Shown here in pieces: positions 48,889-60,118 of a DNA stretch of 61,679 nt. Under the pieces are notes generated by a model. It was not told where the DNA came from. It was given only the letters and a program-made list of their open reading frames with translations, and made no database searches. The DNA comes from Gemmatimonadota bacterium (GTDB lineage: Bacteria; Gemmatimonadota; Gemmatimonadetes; Gemmatimonadales; GWC2-71-9), in contig JAZDCY010000069.1 in assembly GCA_036679645.1 (NCBI GenBank), forward strand, positions 1 through 61,679. Direction: 5' to 3'. The stretch's first letter is position 1, and the number at the start of each line of letters is the position of its first letter. Both the position numbers and the translations under genes were made by a program.

Positions 48889-50709
48889 TTAGGTGGTTGA
48901 TGATGGTGCGTCTTCTACCTGGTAGAAAACACCCCACGCCCCGGGCCCCGTGTGGACACCGATGGCCGCGGTTACGTCGTTGACGATACAGTCTTTGGGT
49001 GCGAAACGCTCGACGATCTCATCCCGCAAGCGGTGGGCCACGTTGAGCGCGTCGGCGTGCACGATCCCGATCCTCAGCGCCGCCGGCCGGGGTGTCAGAC
49101 GCCTCTCCAGGTGCTCCAGCACGCGCGGGATGAGCAATTCCCGGCCCCGCACCCGATCGAGCGGCGCGATCTTGCCGCTCTCGGTGATCTCGAGAATGGG
49201 CTTCACATTTAGCAGCGTGCCCAGCCAAGCCCGGCCCCGCCCAACCCGGCCCGATCGCAGCAGGTTGTCAAACGTGTCTACGGTGAAGAGTCCGCCCGAT
49301 TGATCGCGAACGCGAGTGAGTTCTTGGGCGATGGCCTCGGCGTCCCATCCCTGGTTGGCCAACTCGGCGGCGTGCAAGGCCAGCAGTCCCAGCCCAAGTG
49401 ACGCCGTGCACGAGTCAACCACGTGAATCTGCGCCTTGCCGACAGCCTGTGCAGCGGTCAGCCCAGACGCGTACGTGCCGGACAGACCCTTCGCTAGGAG
49501 TGGGGCCACTACCGTATCGGCGCCGGACAGCGCATCCTGGAAACCCTGGACGAACGCGGCGGGTGTCGGCTGCGATGTCGTGAACACCTGACCGGCCCGC
49601 ATCCGCTCGTAGACCTCTCTCGAGCGGATCTCGACGCGATCGTGGAAGGCCCGCCCATCCTGAATCACCTGGAGCGGCACGACCACCATGCCGTGCTGGT
49701 CGAGGATGTCATCCGGCAGGTCACAGGACGAATCCACCAAGATGCTCACGGACCGGCGCGACTCCTCGAGCACGCGGTGCTGTTCGCGCATGTCCTCCGC
49801 CTTGATAGCCTCGAGCGTTCCCCACTCGCGCGCCAGCTCGAACACCCTGTCCGGGGTGTCGGTGTGCACGTGGACCTTGAGGAGTTCTTCCGTTGCGAGG
49901 ACCACGATCGATCCCCCCAACTCGCGTAGCATCGCCCGAACCGTTGCTGTTGCGGGGAGCGACGTGCCACGGACCAATACCTCGGTGCAGTACTCGTAAT
50001 CCCGCTCCGTTGCGACATTGGTTACGGCAGCGGCATTGGGAGCGGCGAATTCGGGGTCGCTGTCCATCGCGACGATGGGGTCACCGTCGATCAGGCGGAC
50101 GATGCCCTCAAAGAGACGTACGAAGGCTTTTGCACCCGCATCTACTACACCGGCCTCCTTGAGTACCGCAAGCAACTCCGGGGTTCGCCCGAGGGTCAGC
50201 TGTGCGTGTGCCAGCACCCGACGCAAGAACTCCGAGAAGTTGGTGGTCTCGTGAGCGGCCTCCTCAGCGGCAATCGCGGTCTCGCGGCTCACCGTGAGGA
50301 TCGTGCCCTCGACCGGCTGGTCGAGCGACTCATACAACCGATCGGCGCCGCCGCGAATGGCGTTGGCCACCTCTTCCGCCGTCGCGACGAGCCGATCGCC
50401 GATGCGCTCGCGAAATCCAATGAGGAACTGGGACAACAGAATACCGGAGTTGCCTCTGGCCGAGAACACACAGGCTTCGGCCATCGCGGCGGTCACGCTG
50501 GGAAGGGGCGCGCGAACGTCCAGTGCGCGGACACTGGTCGCCACGGCGCGCAGTGTCATCGCGAAGTTGGTGCCTGTGTCACCGTCCGGGACCGGAAACA
50601 CGTTGATACGATTCAGCTCATCCCGCCCCGCATCGACCCAATCAGCCGCGGCGATCAGCGACCGGCGCAAGCGAGCGCCGTCGAGGTAGGCGATACCGCG
50701 TGAGGACGT
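48889..50709 (-). CDS. DAK2 (FakA-like)-DegV (FakB-like) fusion; apparent start at ACG 50709
   Basis: NVFPVPDGDTGTN, ARGNSG, TTSQP, SGTY, HTGPG. Confidence 0.92.
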   Translation of the reverse strand, partial: TSSRGIAYLDGARLRRSLIAAADWVDAGRDELNRINVFPVPDGDTGTNFAMTLRAVATSVRALDVRAPLPSVTAAMAEACVFSARGNSGILLSQFLIGFRERIGDRLVATAEEVANAIRGGADRLYESLDQPVEGTILTVSRETAIAAEEAAHETTNFSEFLRRVLAHAQLTLGRTPELLAVLKEAGVVDAGAKAFVRLFEGIVRLIDGDPIVAMDSDPEFAAPNAAAVTNVATERDYEYCTEVLVRGTSLPATATVRAMLRELGGSIVVLATEELLKVHVHTDTPDRVFELAREWGTLEAIKAEDMREQHRVLEESRRSVSILVDSSCDLPDDILDQHGMVVVPLQVIQDGRAFHDRVEIRSREVYERMRAGQVFTTSQPTPAAFVQGFQDALSGADTVVAPLLAKGLSGTYASGLTAAQAVGKAQIHVVDSCTASLGLGLLALHAAELANQGWDAEAIAQELTRVRDQSGGLFTVDTFDNLLRSGRVGRGRAWLGTLLNVKPILEITESGKIAPLDRVRGRELLIPRVLEHLERRLTPRPAALRIGIVHADALNVAHRLRDEIVERFAPKDCIVNDVTAAIGVHTGPGAWGVFYQVEDAPSSTT

Positions 50710-50712
50710 CGC

Positions 50713-51156
50713 CTACTCCTTCACGACCCAGACGCGTAATTCAGGCTTGACCTCGGGATGCAGCTTTACCGGTACCTTGTAGACGCCAATCGTCTTGATG
50801 GGCTCGGTGAGTTCGATGTCCCGCTTGTCGATCACGTGACCCGCCTCTGCCAGCTTCGCCGCTATGTCCGCAGAAGTGATCGAGCCGAAGAGCCGGTCCC
50901 CTTCGCCCACGTTGGCCGTGAAGTGCAGCTCTGCACTCGCGAGCTTCGCGGCGATCGCCTCTGCGTCTGATTTCTGCGCGGCGAGCTTGTGGCCGCGCGC
51001 CTTGGCCTCGGCCGCCACCCGTTTCTTGTTGCCTGTTGTTGCGGGGTAGGCCAGGCCGCGCGGAATCAGGTAGTTCCGCCCATAGCCGTTCTTGACCGTC
51101 ACGATATCGCCGGCGTGACCGAGTTTGTCGACGGATTGGCGCAGTATGACATCCAT
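50713..51156 (-). CDS. rplI: 50S ribosomal protein L9
   Basis: VKNGYGRNYLIP, LFGSIT. Confidence 0.98.
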   Translation of the reverse strand: MDVILRQSVDKLGHAGDIVTVKNGYGRNYLIPRGLAYPATTGNKKRVAAEAKARGHKLAAQKSDAEAIAAKLASAELHFTANVGEGDRLFGSITSADIAAKLAEAGHVIDKRDIELTEPIKTIGVYKVPVKLHPEVKPELRVWVVKE

Positions 51157-51174
51157 GGTGCGGACTCGCTTGGG

Positions 51175-52140
51175 TTACTGGTCTGACGGCTGAGCGGCCC
51201 AACGGCCACGCAGGTCGAGCCCGGCATCCAGCACGCCCAAGACGAGCGCGCTGCCGAGCGCGACAGGCAACATAAAGAATAGCGCCACGGTTAGCACCGC
51301 GTACAGGAGCAGTCCGGGACGGAGCAACCGGAGCCCAAACGCCGCCACGGCCAGGCCACGGATGACGTAAAGGGTGGCCATTACGACCAGCAGATTCACG
51401 CCGAGCAGCCGAATCCACGAGATCTTCACGATCAAGAGTGCCGCGAGCGGTAAAGCGGTGGCCCAGCCGAGGTGCTCGCTGAAGCGAAACTGTGAGAACC
51501 ACCCCAACGGTGTCCCCACCGGGTGCCGTGCGATCCGATGGTGGATGGCCACGGCGAGCACGAACCCGGCCAGCAACTCGAGGACTACCGTAGCAGGAAA
51601 AAGGTCCGCCATGCCGGTGATAATGCTGCCGTACGCGGATTCCATCTGGCGGAGCAGCGCGGCAGAGGGGGAGAGCAACACGTTCTCACGTGCCCCACGC
51701 CACAGCAAACCGAGCTGGAGTCTGAGCGTCGCGGCGGTCCGGTACGCAACCCACCAGTGCAGGCGGTCCCACGACCACCCGAAGGCGAGGAATCCAGTCC
51801 CGAGCCCGCCGGCGGCGACCGCTGCGGCGAGCAGGCCACGATGCACCGCCGACCATTGCGTCATCACGGTGGAAACCGCGAACGCAGCGGTCGCAATGAC
51901 CGCCGCCGCCCGCACGGTCTGACCGGGTAATTCTCCGGGGACGACAAGCCACCACGCGGCGGCGACCGCCGCGGCGATACCGATTAGTAGCGATCGCCCG
52001 GCGCGTGGGTGGCTGGCGGCGGTGAGCGTAGCCAGCGGGAGGGCGACGAGCCCTATCGGCGCGACCAACGAGAACGCGATGACTCCAACGACGACCCGGA
52101 CGAGCCCGCCGCTAGGGGCACGTGCGGGCGGCGCAGTCAT
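51175..52140 (-). CDS. DUF2232/YybS-like membrane protein
   Basis: Polytopic; ends LGVLDAGLDLR; lies between rpsR and rplI. Confidence 0.8.
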   Translation of the reverse strand: MTAPPARAPSGGLVRVVVGVIAFSLVAPIGLVALPLATLTAASHPRAGRSLLIGIAAAVAAAWWLVVPGELPGQTVRAAAVIATAAFAVSTVMTQWSAVHRGLLAAAVAAGGLGTGFLAFGWSWDRLHWWVAYRTAATLRLQLGLLWRGARENVLLSPSAALLRQMESAYGSIITGMADLFPATVVLELLAGFVLAVAIHHRIARHPVGTPLGWFSQFRFSEHLGWATALPLAALLIVKISWIRLLGVNLLVVMATLYVIRGLAVAAFGLRLLRPGLLLYAVLTVALFFMLPVALGSALVLGVLDAGLDLRGRWAAQPSDQ

Positions 52141-52141
52141 G

Positions 52142-52363
52142 CTATCGCGCGTACCCCTTGATGTAGGGCAACAGCGCGAGTTGCCGCGCCCGCTTCACCG
52201 CGGTCTTGAGTTGTCGCTGGTGCCGGGCGCACATCCCCGACAAGCGGCTGGGCAGAATTTTTCCCCGCTCCGTCACGAAGCGCGAGAGCGTGCGTTCATC
52301 CTTGTAGTCGAGCACGCGCACGCCGAGTTCACAGACGGGACACGACTTCCTACGGCGACGCAT
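52142..52363 (-). CDS. rpsR: 30S ribosomal protein S18
   Basis: [24 protein letters not shown]. Confidence 0.98.
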   Translation of the reverse strand: MRRRRKSCPVCELGVRVLDYKDERTLSRFVTERGKILPSRLSGMCARHQRQLKTAVKRARQLALLPYIKGYAR

Positions 52364-52824
52364 TATGAGTCCCTCCTGTCTGTGTCCTTGCCGTCCCCGC
52401 CCCCGGTCCTGTCCTCGCTCCCATTGCCGCCCTTGCTACCATCGCCGCCCTTGCCGCCATCACCGCTCTTGCCGCCATCACCGCCCTTGCCGCCATCACC
52501 GTCTGCGTCCCGCGGTGCAACCGGCTGTTCTCCCTCATTCAGGACCAGCAGGTGGCGCAGCAAGCCCTCGTCCAGCTTCAGCGCTCGCTCGAACTCGCCG
52601 AGTAGCTCGGGTGAGGTGTCCAGCCGGACAACGACGTAGTAGCCGACCTCTTTCCCGGCGACGGGATAGGCGAGCGTGCGTTTACCCCAGTGATTGACGT
52701 CGGTTGCCGGCTCAGGGGTGTCGGCAGACTTGAGTAGCTCGTGAAACCGGGCGAGCGACTCGTTGATCTGCTCTTCTTCGAGAGCGGAGTCGAAAATGTA
52801 GACGATCTCGTATCGACGAGACAT
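52363..52824 (-). CDS. rpsF: 30S ribosomal protein S6 with Gly-rich repeat tail
   Basis: [21 protein letters not shown]. Confidence 0.97.
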   Translation of the reverse strand: MSRRYEIVYIFDSALEEEQINESLARFHELLKSADTPEPATDVNHWGKRTLAYPVAGKEVGYYVVVRLDTSPELLGEFERALKLDEGLLRHLLVLNEGEQPVAPRDADGDGGKGGDGGKSGDGGKGGDGSKGGNGSEDRTGGGDGKDTDRRDS

Positions 52825-52834
52825 TGCGAAAAGG

Positions 52835-52882
52835 CCTCCCTTCGGACATAACGGCCCCGGTCATATTGACCGGAGCAGGGGG
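52835..52882 (-). ncRNA. S6:S18 ribosomal protein leader
   Basis: Minus strand CCCCCTGCTCCGGTCA..TGACCGGGGCCG..CCGAAGGGAGG: stem, CCG internal loop and pairing with the rpsF SD. Confidence 0.65.
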
Positions 52883-52930
52883 TATGTGAGGGACGAAAAG
52901 TAGCGACTGTGCGGGTGAATGGGTAGCGCG

Positions 52931-53021
52931 CAGGTGTTCAGGTGTTCAGGTGCTCAGGTGCGCAGGTGCTCAGACGTGCGGTAGTCTCTGAGCACCTGAG
53001 CGTCTGAGTTCCTGAGCACCT
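52931..53021. repeat. 8-mer periodic inverted repeat after hppA
   Basis: 5x CAGGTG(C/T)(T/G) ... 4x AGCACCTG-like. Confidence 0.85.
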
Positions 53022-53028
53022 ATTCTGA

Positions 53029-55073
<2,045 letters not shown>

Positions 55074-55077
<4 letters not shown>

Positions 55078-55661
55078 TCTTCTTTCCCCAGTTGGTTGTA
55101 TCGGTTCATCGCGGTTTCCGTACCATCGGTGATCCAGCACTCGACCGCCTCGGCGGCGGTGGGCAACCGGTCATCGACGACGCGGCGCTCTTCCGGCTCG
55201 AACAGCCCCAGCACAAAATCAGCGAGGTCTGCGTCGATCGATCCCGTCGGCCCGACGCCAATGCGGAGCCGGGCGTATTCCTGTGATTGCAGGGCCCCCT
55301 CGATGCTCCGGAGCCCGTTGTGTCCGCCTGCCGACCCCCGAGCCCGCACGCGGAACGTGCCCACTGGTAGCTGGACCTCGTCGACGACGACCAGGAGATG
55401 CTGTGCCGGATCGAAGTCATCTGCCAAGCGGAGCCGCGACAAGACGGCCCCGCTGCGGTTCATGTACGTCTGCGGTTTCAGGACAACGACCGCCTGCCCG
55501 GCAAACTCCCCCTCCGTGCGGCGGGCGCGCGCGCGCCAGGGGCGCTTGAACGGTGGAAACCCCCACCGTTCCACCAACAGATCGGCCAGGAGAAACCCGA
55601 CGTTGTGCCGCGTGTCTGCGTACTCCGCACCCGGGTTTCCCAGTCCGAGGATGATGCGCAG
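55074..55661 (-). CDS. pth: peptidyl-tRNA hydrolase (CTG start)
   Basis: [30 protein letters not shown]. Confidence 0.95.
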
Positions 55662-55664
55662 CGC

Positions 55665-56333
55665 TTACTCCTCGCTGCTCTCGGTTTCCTCGTCCTCGTC
55701 TTCCTTCTGCTTGCGGATGAGTTCGGGTTCGGCTTCCTCCATTTCCTCCGCAACCTCCGCAACCACCTCGAGCTCGACGCGCGGCGGGACGACCGTACAG
55801 ATTGTCTTCGCCGGATCAGTGAGGAGCTCGGCGTTTGGGACCTCGAGATCCGACACATGCATCGACTGGTTGATCTCGAGGAGACTCACGTCGAGGTCGA
55901 TGTGATCCGGGATGTTGCGGGGCAGGACCTCGATCTCGACTTCCCGCAGGACCTGGTCGAGGACGCCGCCGGCGTTCTTGACGCCGTCCGGACTCCCAAC
56001 CAGGCGCACGGGGACGTTGACCCTGAGTGCCTGGCCGGCATGGATCTCCATGAAATCGATGTGCATAATCCGCGGTTTGTAAGGATGCCGCTGGATCTCC
56101 CGCACGAGCGTCTTGACCGATTCTCCGTCGATAGAGAGGTCGATGACCGTACTGCCCGCCGAATGGCCCGCCAAGGCACGCTCGAACTCTCGCACCGTGA
56201 GCGTGAGCGCCACGGACTCTCGACCGCGTCCGTAGATCACTGCCGGGATCTGCCCCCGCATGCGGGATTGGCGAGCGGCACCCTTCCCGGTATCAGAGCG
56301 GCGCGCGGCCTTCAGGGTGATTGCTTCAGCCAT
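55665..56333 (-). CDS. rplY: 50S ribosomal protein L25 (Ctc form)
   Basis: GKGAAR..IPAVIYG, HIDF, GGVL, acidic tail. Confidence 0.96.
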   Translation of the reverse strand: MAEAITLKAARRSDTGKGAARQSRMRGQIPAVIYGRGRESVALTLTVREFERALAGHSAGSTVIDLSIDGESVKTLVREIQRHPYKPRIMHIDFMEIHAGQALRVNVPVRLVGSPDGVKNAGGVLDQVLREVEIEVLPRNIPDHIDLDVSLLEINQSMHVSDLEVPNAELLTDPAKTICTVVPPRVELEVVAEVAEEMEEAEPELIRKQKEDEDEETESSEE

Positions 56334-56355
56334 AACATTGTGTCCCGACGTCAGG

Positions 56356-57309
56356 TTAGCTGAACAGCGAGCTGACGGACTGATCGCTGTGCGTGTACCG
56401 GATCGCCTGCGCCAGCAGCGGGGCGATCGAAAGAACCTTCAAACGATCGAACAACTTGTTGTCCGAGACGGCGATAGTGTTCGTCACCGCAACTTCCTTG
56501 ACCGGCGTCGCCGACAGCCGATCGACCGCGGGCCCTGACAGCAGCGGGTGTGACGCGCAACAGTAGACGTCGTTGGCGCCGAGCCGGTCGAGCGCGAGCA
56601 CCGCTTCCGACATCGTCCCCGCGGTATCGATCATGTCGTCCACGATCAGACAATCGCGCTCACTCACGTCGCCGACGACGTTCACCACCTCGGCCACGTT
56701 GGCCGACGGCCGCCGCTTGTCGATGATCGCCAGTGACGCGTCGAGCCGTTTCGCGAATCCGCGCGCCATCTTGGCACTGCCGACGTCCGGTGCCACGACC
56801 ACCAGATCCTTCAACGCCTTCTGCCGGTAATGCTGCACGAAGACAGGCGATGCGTACAGGTGATCTACCGGTATGTCGAAGAACCCCTGTATCTGGTGCT
56901 GGTGGAAGTCCAACCCCAGCACCCGCTCCGCCCCAGCCGTGGTGATCAGGTTCGAGACCAGCTTGGCACTGATCGCCACCCGCGGCTGATCCTTTCGGTC
57001 CTGCCGGGCATACCCAAAATAAGGGATCACCGCCGTCACTCGTGCCGCACTTGCCCGCCGGGCCGCATCCATCAGCAGCAGCAGCTCGACGAGATTCTCC
57101 GCAGGCGGGTTCGTGGGCTGGAGGATGAAGACATCCTGGCCCCGGACGTTCTCATCGATCCGCACGAAGATCTCGCCGTCGGCGAACCGCCTGCTCGTGA
57201 CCTGGCAGAGCGGTTGGCCCAGACACTCCGCGATCTCGTCGGCCAACGGCGGGTTCGCCGTGCCCGCGAGAAGGAGCATCTTGCTGTGAGTCAGGGAGAT
57301 ATCCGCCAT
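56356..57309 (-). CDS. prs: ribose-phosphate pyrophosphokinase
   Basis: FADGE, YARQDRK, VDDMIDTAGT. Confidence 0.97.
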   Translation of the reverse strand: MADISLTHSKMLLLAGTANPPLADEIAECLGQPLCQVTSRRFADGEIFVRIDENVRGQDVFILQPTNPPAENLVELLLLMDAARRASAARVTAVIPYFGYARQDRKDQPRVAISAKLVSNLITTAGAERVLGLDFHQHQIQGFFDIPVDHLYASPVFVQHYRQKALKDLVVVAPDVGSAKMARGFAKRLDASLAIIDKRRPSANVAEVVNVVGDVSERDCLIVDDMIDTAGTMSEAVLALDRLGANDVYCCASHPLLSGPAVDRLSATPVKEVAVTNTIAVSDNKLFDRLKVLSIAPLLAQAIRYTHSDQSVSSLFS

Positions 57310-57346
57310 CGCAACCCAAAAACCTAGCTGCGAATGGGACGGGATG

Positions 57347-57439
57347 GTAGGGGTGGGGGGCGATGAGAGGGGCGATGAGAGGGGCGATGAGAGGGGCGAT
57401 GGAAGGGGCGAGACTAGGGCGCGCGGCGTGCGCACCTAC
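57347..57439. repeat. 12-mer tandem repeat flanked by REP-like ends
   Basis: (GGGGCGATGAGA)x3-4, with GTAGGGG on the left and ...CACCTAC on the right. Confidence 0.8.
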
Positions 57440-57700
57440 GAGGTGGCCCTGTCCATTGGGCGCGTCGTTCGGTGGGCGCTACAGGTGCCGAATTGGCGCG
57501 GCGAAACGAGACGCGCTTGGCGGAAATCAACATCTACGCCGGCTCTGTTTGTTGTATCACCTCCTCAAGATGTTGACCGGCGGTCACGGTGTGGATAAGT
57601 CGATGTCGGGAATGCTCCTTGCGGGTTGACGGCAGAGTTGAACCGCACTGATGCTTGCCGTGTCGTTGAAGCTTCTCGCCCGCCACCGAAAGGCAGACAT

Positions 57701-58138
57701 ATGCGCGTTCCGAGTCCATCATTGAAGGTCTTGGCGGCCTCGATCCTTCTCGCGTTTGCCATCTCCACTCAGGCGTACGCGCAACTGGGACCGACGCGAC
57801 CCGGTGTCACGGATCAGAGCTGGCTGGCTCTGCTGCGCCCAGATGCCAGACCGGTTGGTGACATTTTTCTCAGTGCCGTCCTTGGCCATGGCCCCGATGG
57901 TTCGACGTCTCTCTTCAACAACCCTCTTGGGCGTAGGCAGGCCCTTGAACTGATCGGGCCGGCCCCGCTGCGCCAAGCGGGGTTTGGAGAGTCGGCCGCC
58001 GGGGCCGCCAGCGTTGTCACGTTCGACTTCGTCGCCACTAGTGTGGTTCCGGAGCCGATCAGCCTCGTGCTCTTGGCAACCGGGTTACTGGGCATTGCGG
58101 CCGCCGCCAAACTCCGGCGCGGTGGTCTGGGTACCTGA
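57701..58138 (+). CDS. PEP-CTERM exosortase-target protein
   Basis: Signal peptide; VPEPISLVLLATGLLGIAAAAKLRR. Confidence 0.88.
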   Translation: MRVPSPSLKVLAASILLAFAISTQAYAQLGPTRPGVTDQSWLALLRPDARPVGDIFLSAVLGHGPDGSTSLFNNPLGRRQALELIGPAPLRQAGFGESAAGAASVVTFDFVATSVVPEPISLVLLATGLLGIAAAAKLRRGGLGT

Positions 58139-58145
58139 AATCCAA

Positions 58146-58172
58146 ACGGCCCGCTCCCGGCGGGCCGTTCTC
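58146..58172 (+). terminator. hairpin terminator
   Basis: AACGGCCCGC-TCCCG-GCGGGCCGTT just after the stop. Confidence 0.6.
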
Positions 58173-58355
58173 TTGGAAGCCACCTGACCCTGTAGGCGTA
58201 TGTGTCGCGCTTCGCAGACCACCAGCCCGCCGCTGCTCCGCCGAGCCTTCTTCAGAGCCAATGCGCGGAAGAAACCCGTGCGAAATAGGCGGCTTTGGCT
58301 TGTGCGTTGTACGACATAGGGATAGATTGCAATATCGTTTAACGGCTGGGTCAGA

Positions 58356-58562
58356 ATGGCAGTAGTGAAGGTATCCCCTAAGTATCAAGTGGTGATCCCC
58401 CAGAAGATCCGGGAGGCTCTTGGGATCCGGCCCGGGCAGAAGGTCCAGGCGCTCCAGTACATGGATCGCATTGAGTTCATCCCGGTCCGATCGCTCAGGC
58501 GGATGCGCGGGTTCCTTCAGGGCCTGGACACTGCGGTGGAGCGGGAGGACGACCGAGTGTGA
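58356..58562 (+). CDS. AbrB/MazE-like antitoxin (VapB)
   Basis: VSPKYQVVIP..IREALGIRPG. Confidence 0.9.
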   Translation: MAVVKVSPKYQVVIPQKIREALGIRPGQKVQALQYMDRIEFIPVRSLRRMRGFLQGLDTAVEREDDRV

Positions 58563-58936
58563 ACGTCGTCGACTCCTCGGGATGGTTGGAATACTTCGCG
58601 GACGGGCCAAACGCCGATTACTTCGCGCCCGCAATTCAGCGTACGTCACAACTACTCGTCCCCTCCATCAGCCTGCTCGAGGTTTTCAAGCGGGTACTTC
58701 AGCAGCGTGACGAAAGCGCGGCGCTCCAGGCCGCCGCCCTCATGCAGCAGGGCGACATCATCGTCTTGGACGAGGCCATCGCGCTTACGGCCGCGCGGCT
58801 AGGCACAGAGTTGAGACTACCCCTTGCCGACAGCGTTATACTCGCAACCGCTCGCCACTACAACGCGGTCGTTTGGACCCAAGACGCCGACTTCAAAGGG
58901 CTGCCCGACGTGCGTTTCATCAAGAAGCGCCAGTAA
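58559..58936 (+). CDS. VapC/PIN toxin
   Basis: VVDSSGWLE, ADSVI.ATA, WTQDADF; GTGA overlap. Confidence 0.92.
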   Translation: MNVVDSSGWLEYFADGPNADYFAPAIQRTSQLLVPSISLLEVFKRVLQQRDESAALQAAALMQQGDIIVLDEAIALTAARLGTELRLPLADSVILATARHYNAVVWTQDADFKGLPDVRFIKKRQ

Positions 58937-59032
58937 CCAAAGTTGTCTCGCACACACCGTCTCGGCGGAAGCCCGGGTAGCGAACCGCAAATGTGTTCGA
59001 TCTCGATGCCTAACCTCGCGCCTGATGGGGAA

Positions 59033-59103
59033 TTGCCCCCCCAGGATTCGAACCTGGATTCCCGGATCCAAAGACCGGTGTCCTACCCTTGGACGAGGGG
59101 GCA
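59033..59103 (-). tRNA. tRNA-Gln(UUG)
   Basis: Acceptor TGCCCCC/GGGGGCA, anticodon loop CT-TTG-GA, T-loop GGTTCGAATCC; CCA not encoded. Confidence 0.95.
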
Positions 59104-59204
59104 GCGCGTGCAATCTAACCCCTCGGAGGTCCGCGGCCTTCGAAGGTCGCGCAACGTGCAACGTTGACACGGTGACGATTGCGAGTGGCGGCTAGCGGTT
59201 GCCG

Positions 59205-60092
59205 CTAGGCAGATGCCGGTGCGGAGGGGGGCGACGCTCGCGTCGTCGTCTTGATCAGCGTCGCGTCCCGCTCACCTATCTCCAGGGCTGCCGCGTCCCG
59301 GTCCCGCTCGGTTTTGTAGATGCCAAACAGCGCGGCGCCGGATCCGGAGAGCCGGGCCAGCAGCGGCCCGGTGTGACAGAGCTTCTCGTAGAACGCGCGC
59401 AGGGCCGGCTCCTTGCCGAACACCGGTACCTCGAAATCGTTGCCGCCGAGTCGGCCGATGCTCCCCCACTCGCAAAAGGCCTCGAGATTGAACACTACGG
59501 AGCCGCGGGTGACCGTGTCATCGCGGGCGGCATCGAGTAGATCATAGGCCTTGGCGGTGGATACCCCGAACGGCGGAACGACGACGAGGGCGGGAGCCGG
59601 CGCGGGCGGCGGCAGACGAAACAGGCGTTCCCCGCGTCCCCATGCGAGGGCCATCGGCGCCCCGCTCGCGAGAAACGGCACGTCCGAGCCAAGCTTCGCG
59701 GCGAACTGTAGCAACTCGTGTCGTGGGACCGCACCGTCCGCCAGCGCATTGACGGCATGGAGTGCCGCCGCACCGTCACTCGAGCCTCCGCCGAGGCCAG
59801 CGGCGACGGGAATGTGCTTCTCCAATCGCACATGTACGCCGAACCGGTTGCCGGTGGCCTCGAGAACCAGACGCGCCGCGCGGACGGCCAGATTCTCGTC
59901 AATTGGTCCTGTCTCGGCGCCAGTTACGTCTAGCTCGACGCCCGCGGAAATCCGCTCGACGATGAGCGTGTCCCCCAGTTCGAGTAGCGCGAACAGGGTC
60001 TCGAGCGCGTGAAAACCCGACGTCTCCCGCGCGAGAACGCGCAGGAAGAGGTTGACCTTGGCGTGAGCGGTAACGGTGATCGTATCCGGCAC
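59205..60092 (-). CDS. ispE: CDP-ME kinase
   Basis: AKVNLFL, IPVAAGLGGGSSD, LGSDVPF, LSGSG. Confidence 0.96.
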   Translation of the reverse strand: MPDTITVTAHAKVNLFLRVLARETSGFHALETLFALLELGDTLIVERISAGVELDVTGAETGPIDENLAVRAARLVLEATGNRFGVHVRLEKHIPVAAGLGGGSSDGAAALHAVNALADGAVPRHELLQFAAKLGSDVPFLASGAPMALAWGRGERLFRLPPPAPAPALVVVPPFGVSTAKAYDLLDAARDDTVTRGSVVFNLEAFCEWGSIGRLGGNDFEVPVFGKEPALRAFYEKLCHTGPLLARLSGSGAALFGIYKTERDRDAAALEIGERDATLIKTTTRASPPSAPASA

Positions 60093-60118
60093 GGGATGGG
60101 AAGATACTACCGCAGGAC

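Noticed and set aside
50707..50715. Stop-codon readthrough fusing L9 to DAK2-DegV
   Set aside because: The frames coincide, but a well-spaced SD before ACG is a simpler explanation and no recoding signal is visible
57590..57598. Replication origin
   Set aside because: Only one perfect DnaA box, no AT-rich unwinding element and no dnaA nearby
58965..59000. att-site duplication of the tRNA-Gln 3' end
   Set aside because: Only a weak CGAACC-type resemblance and no integrase
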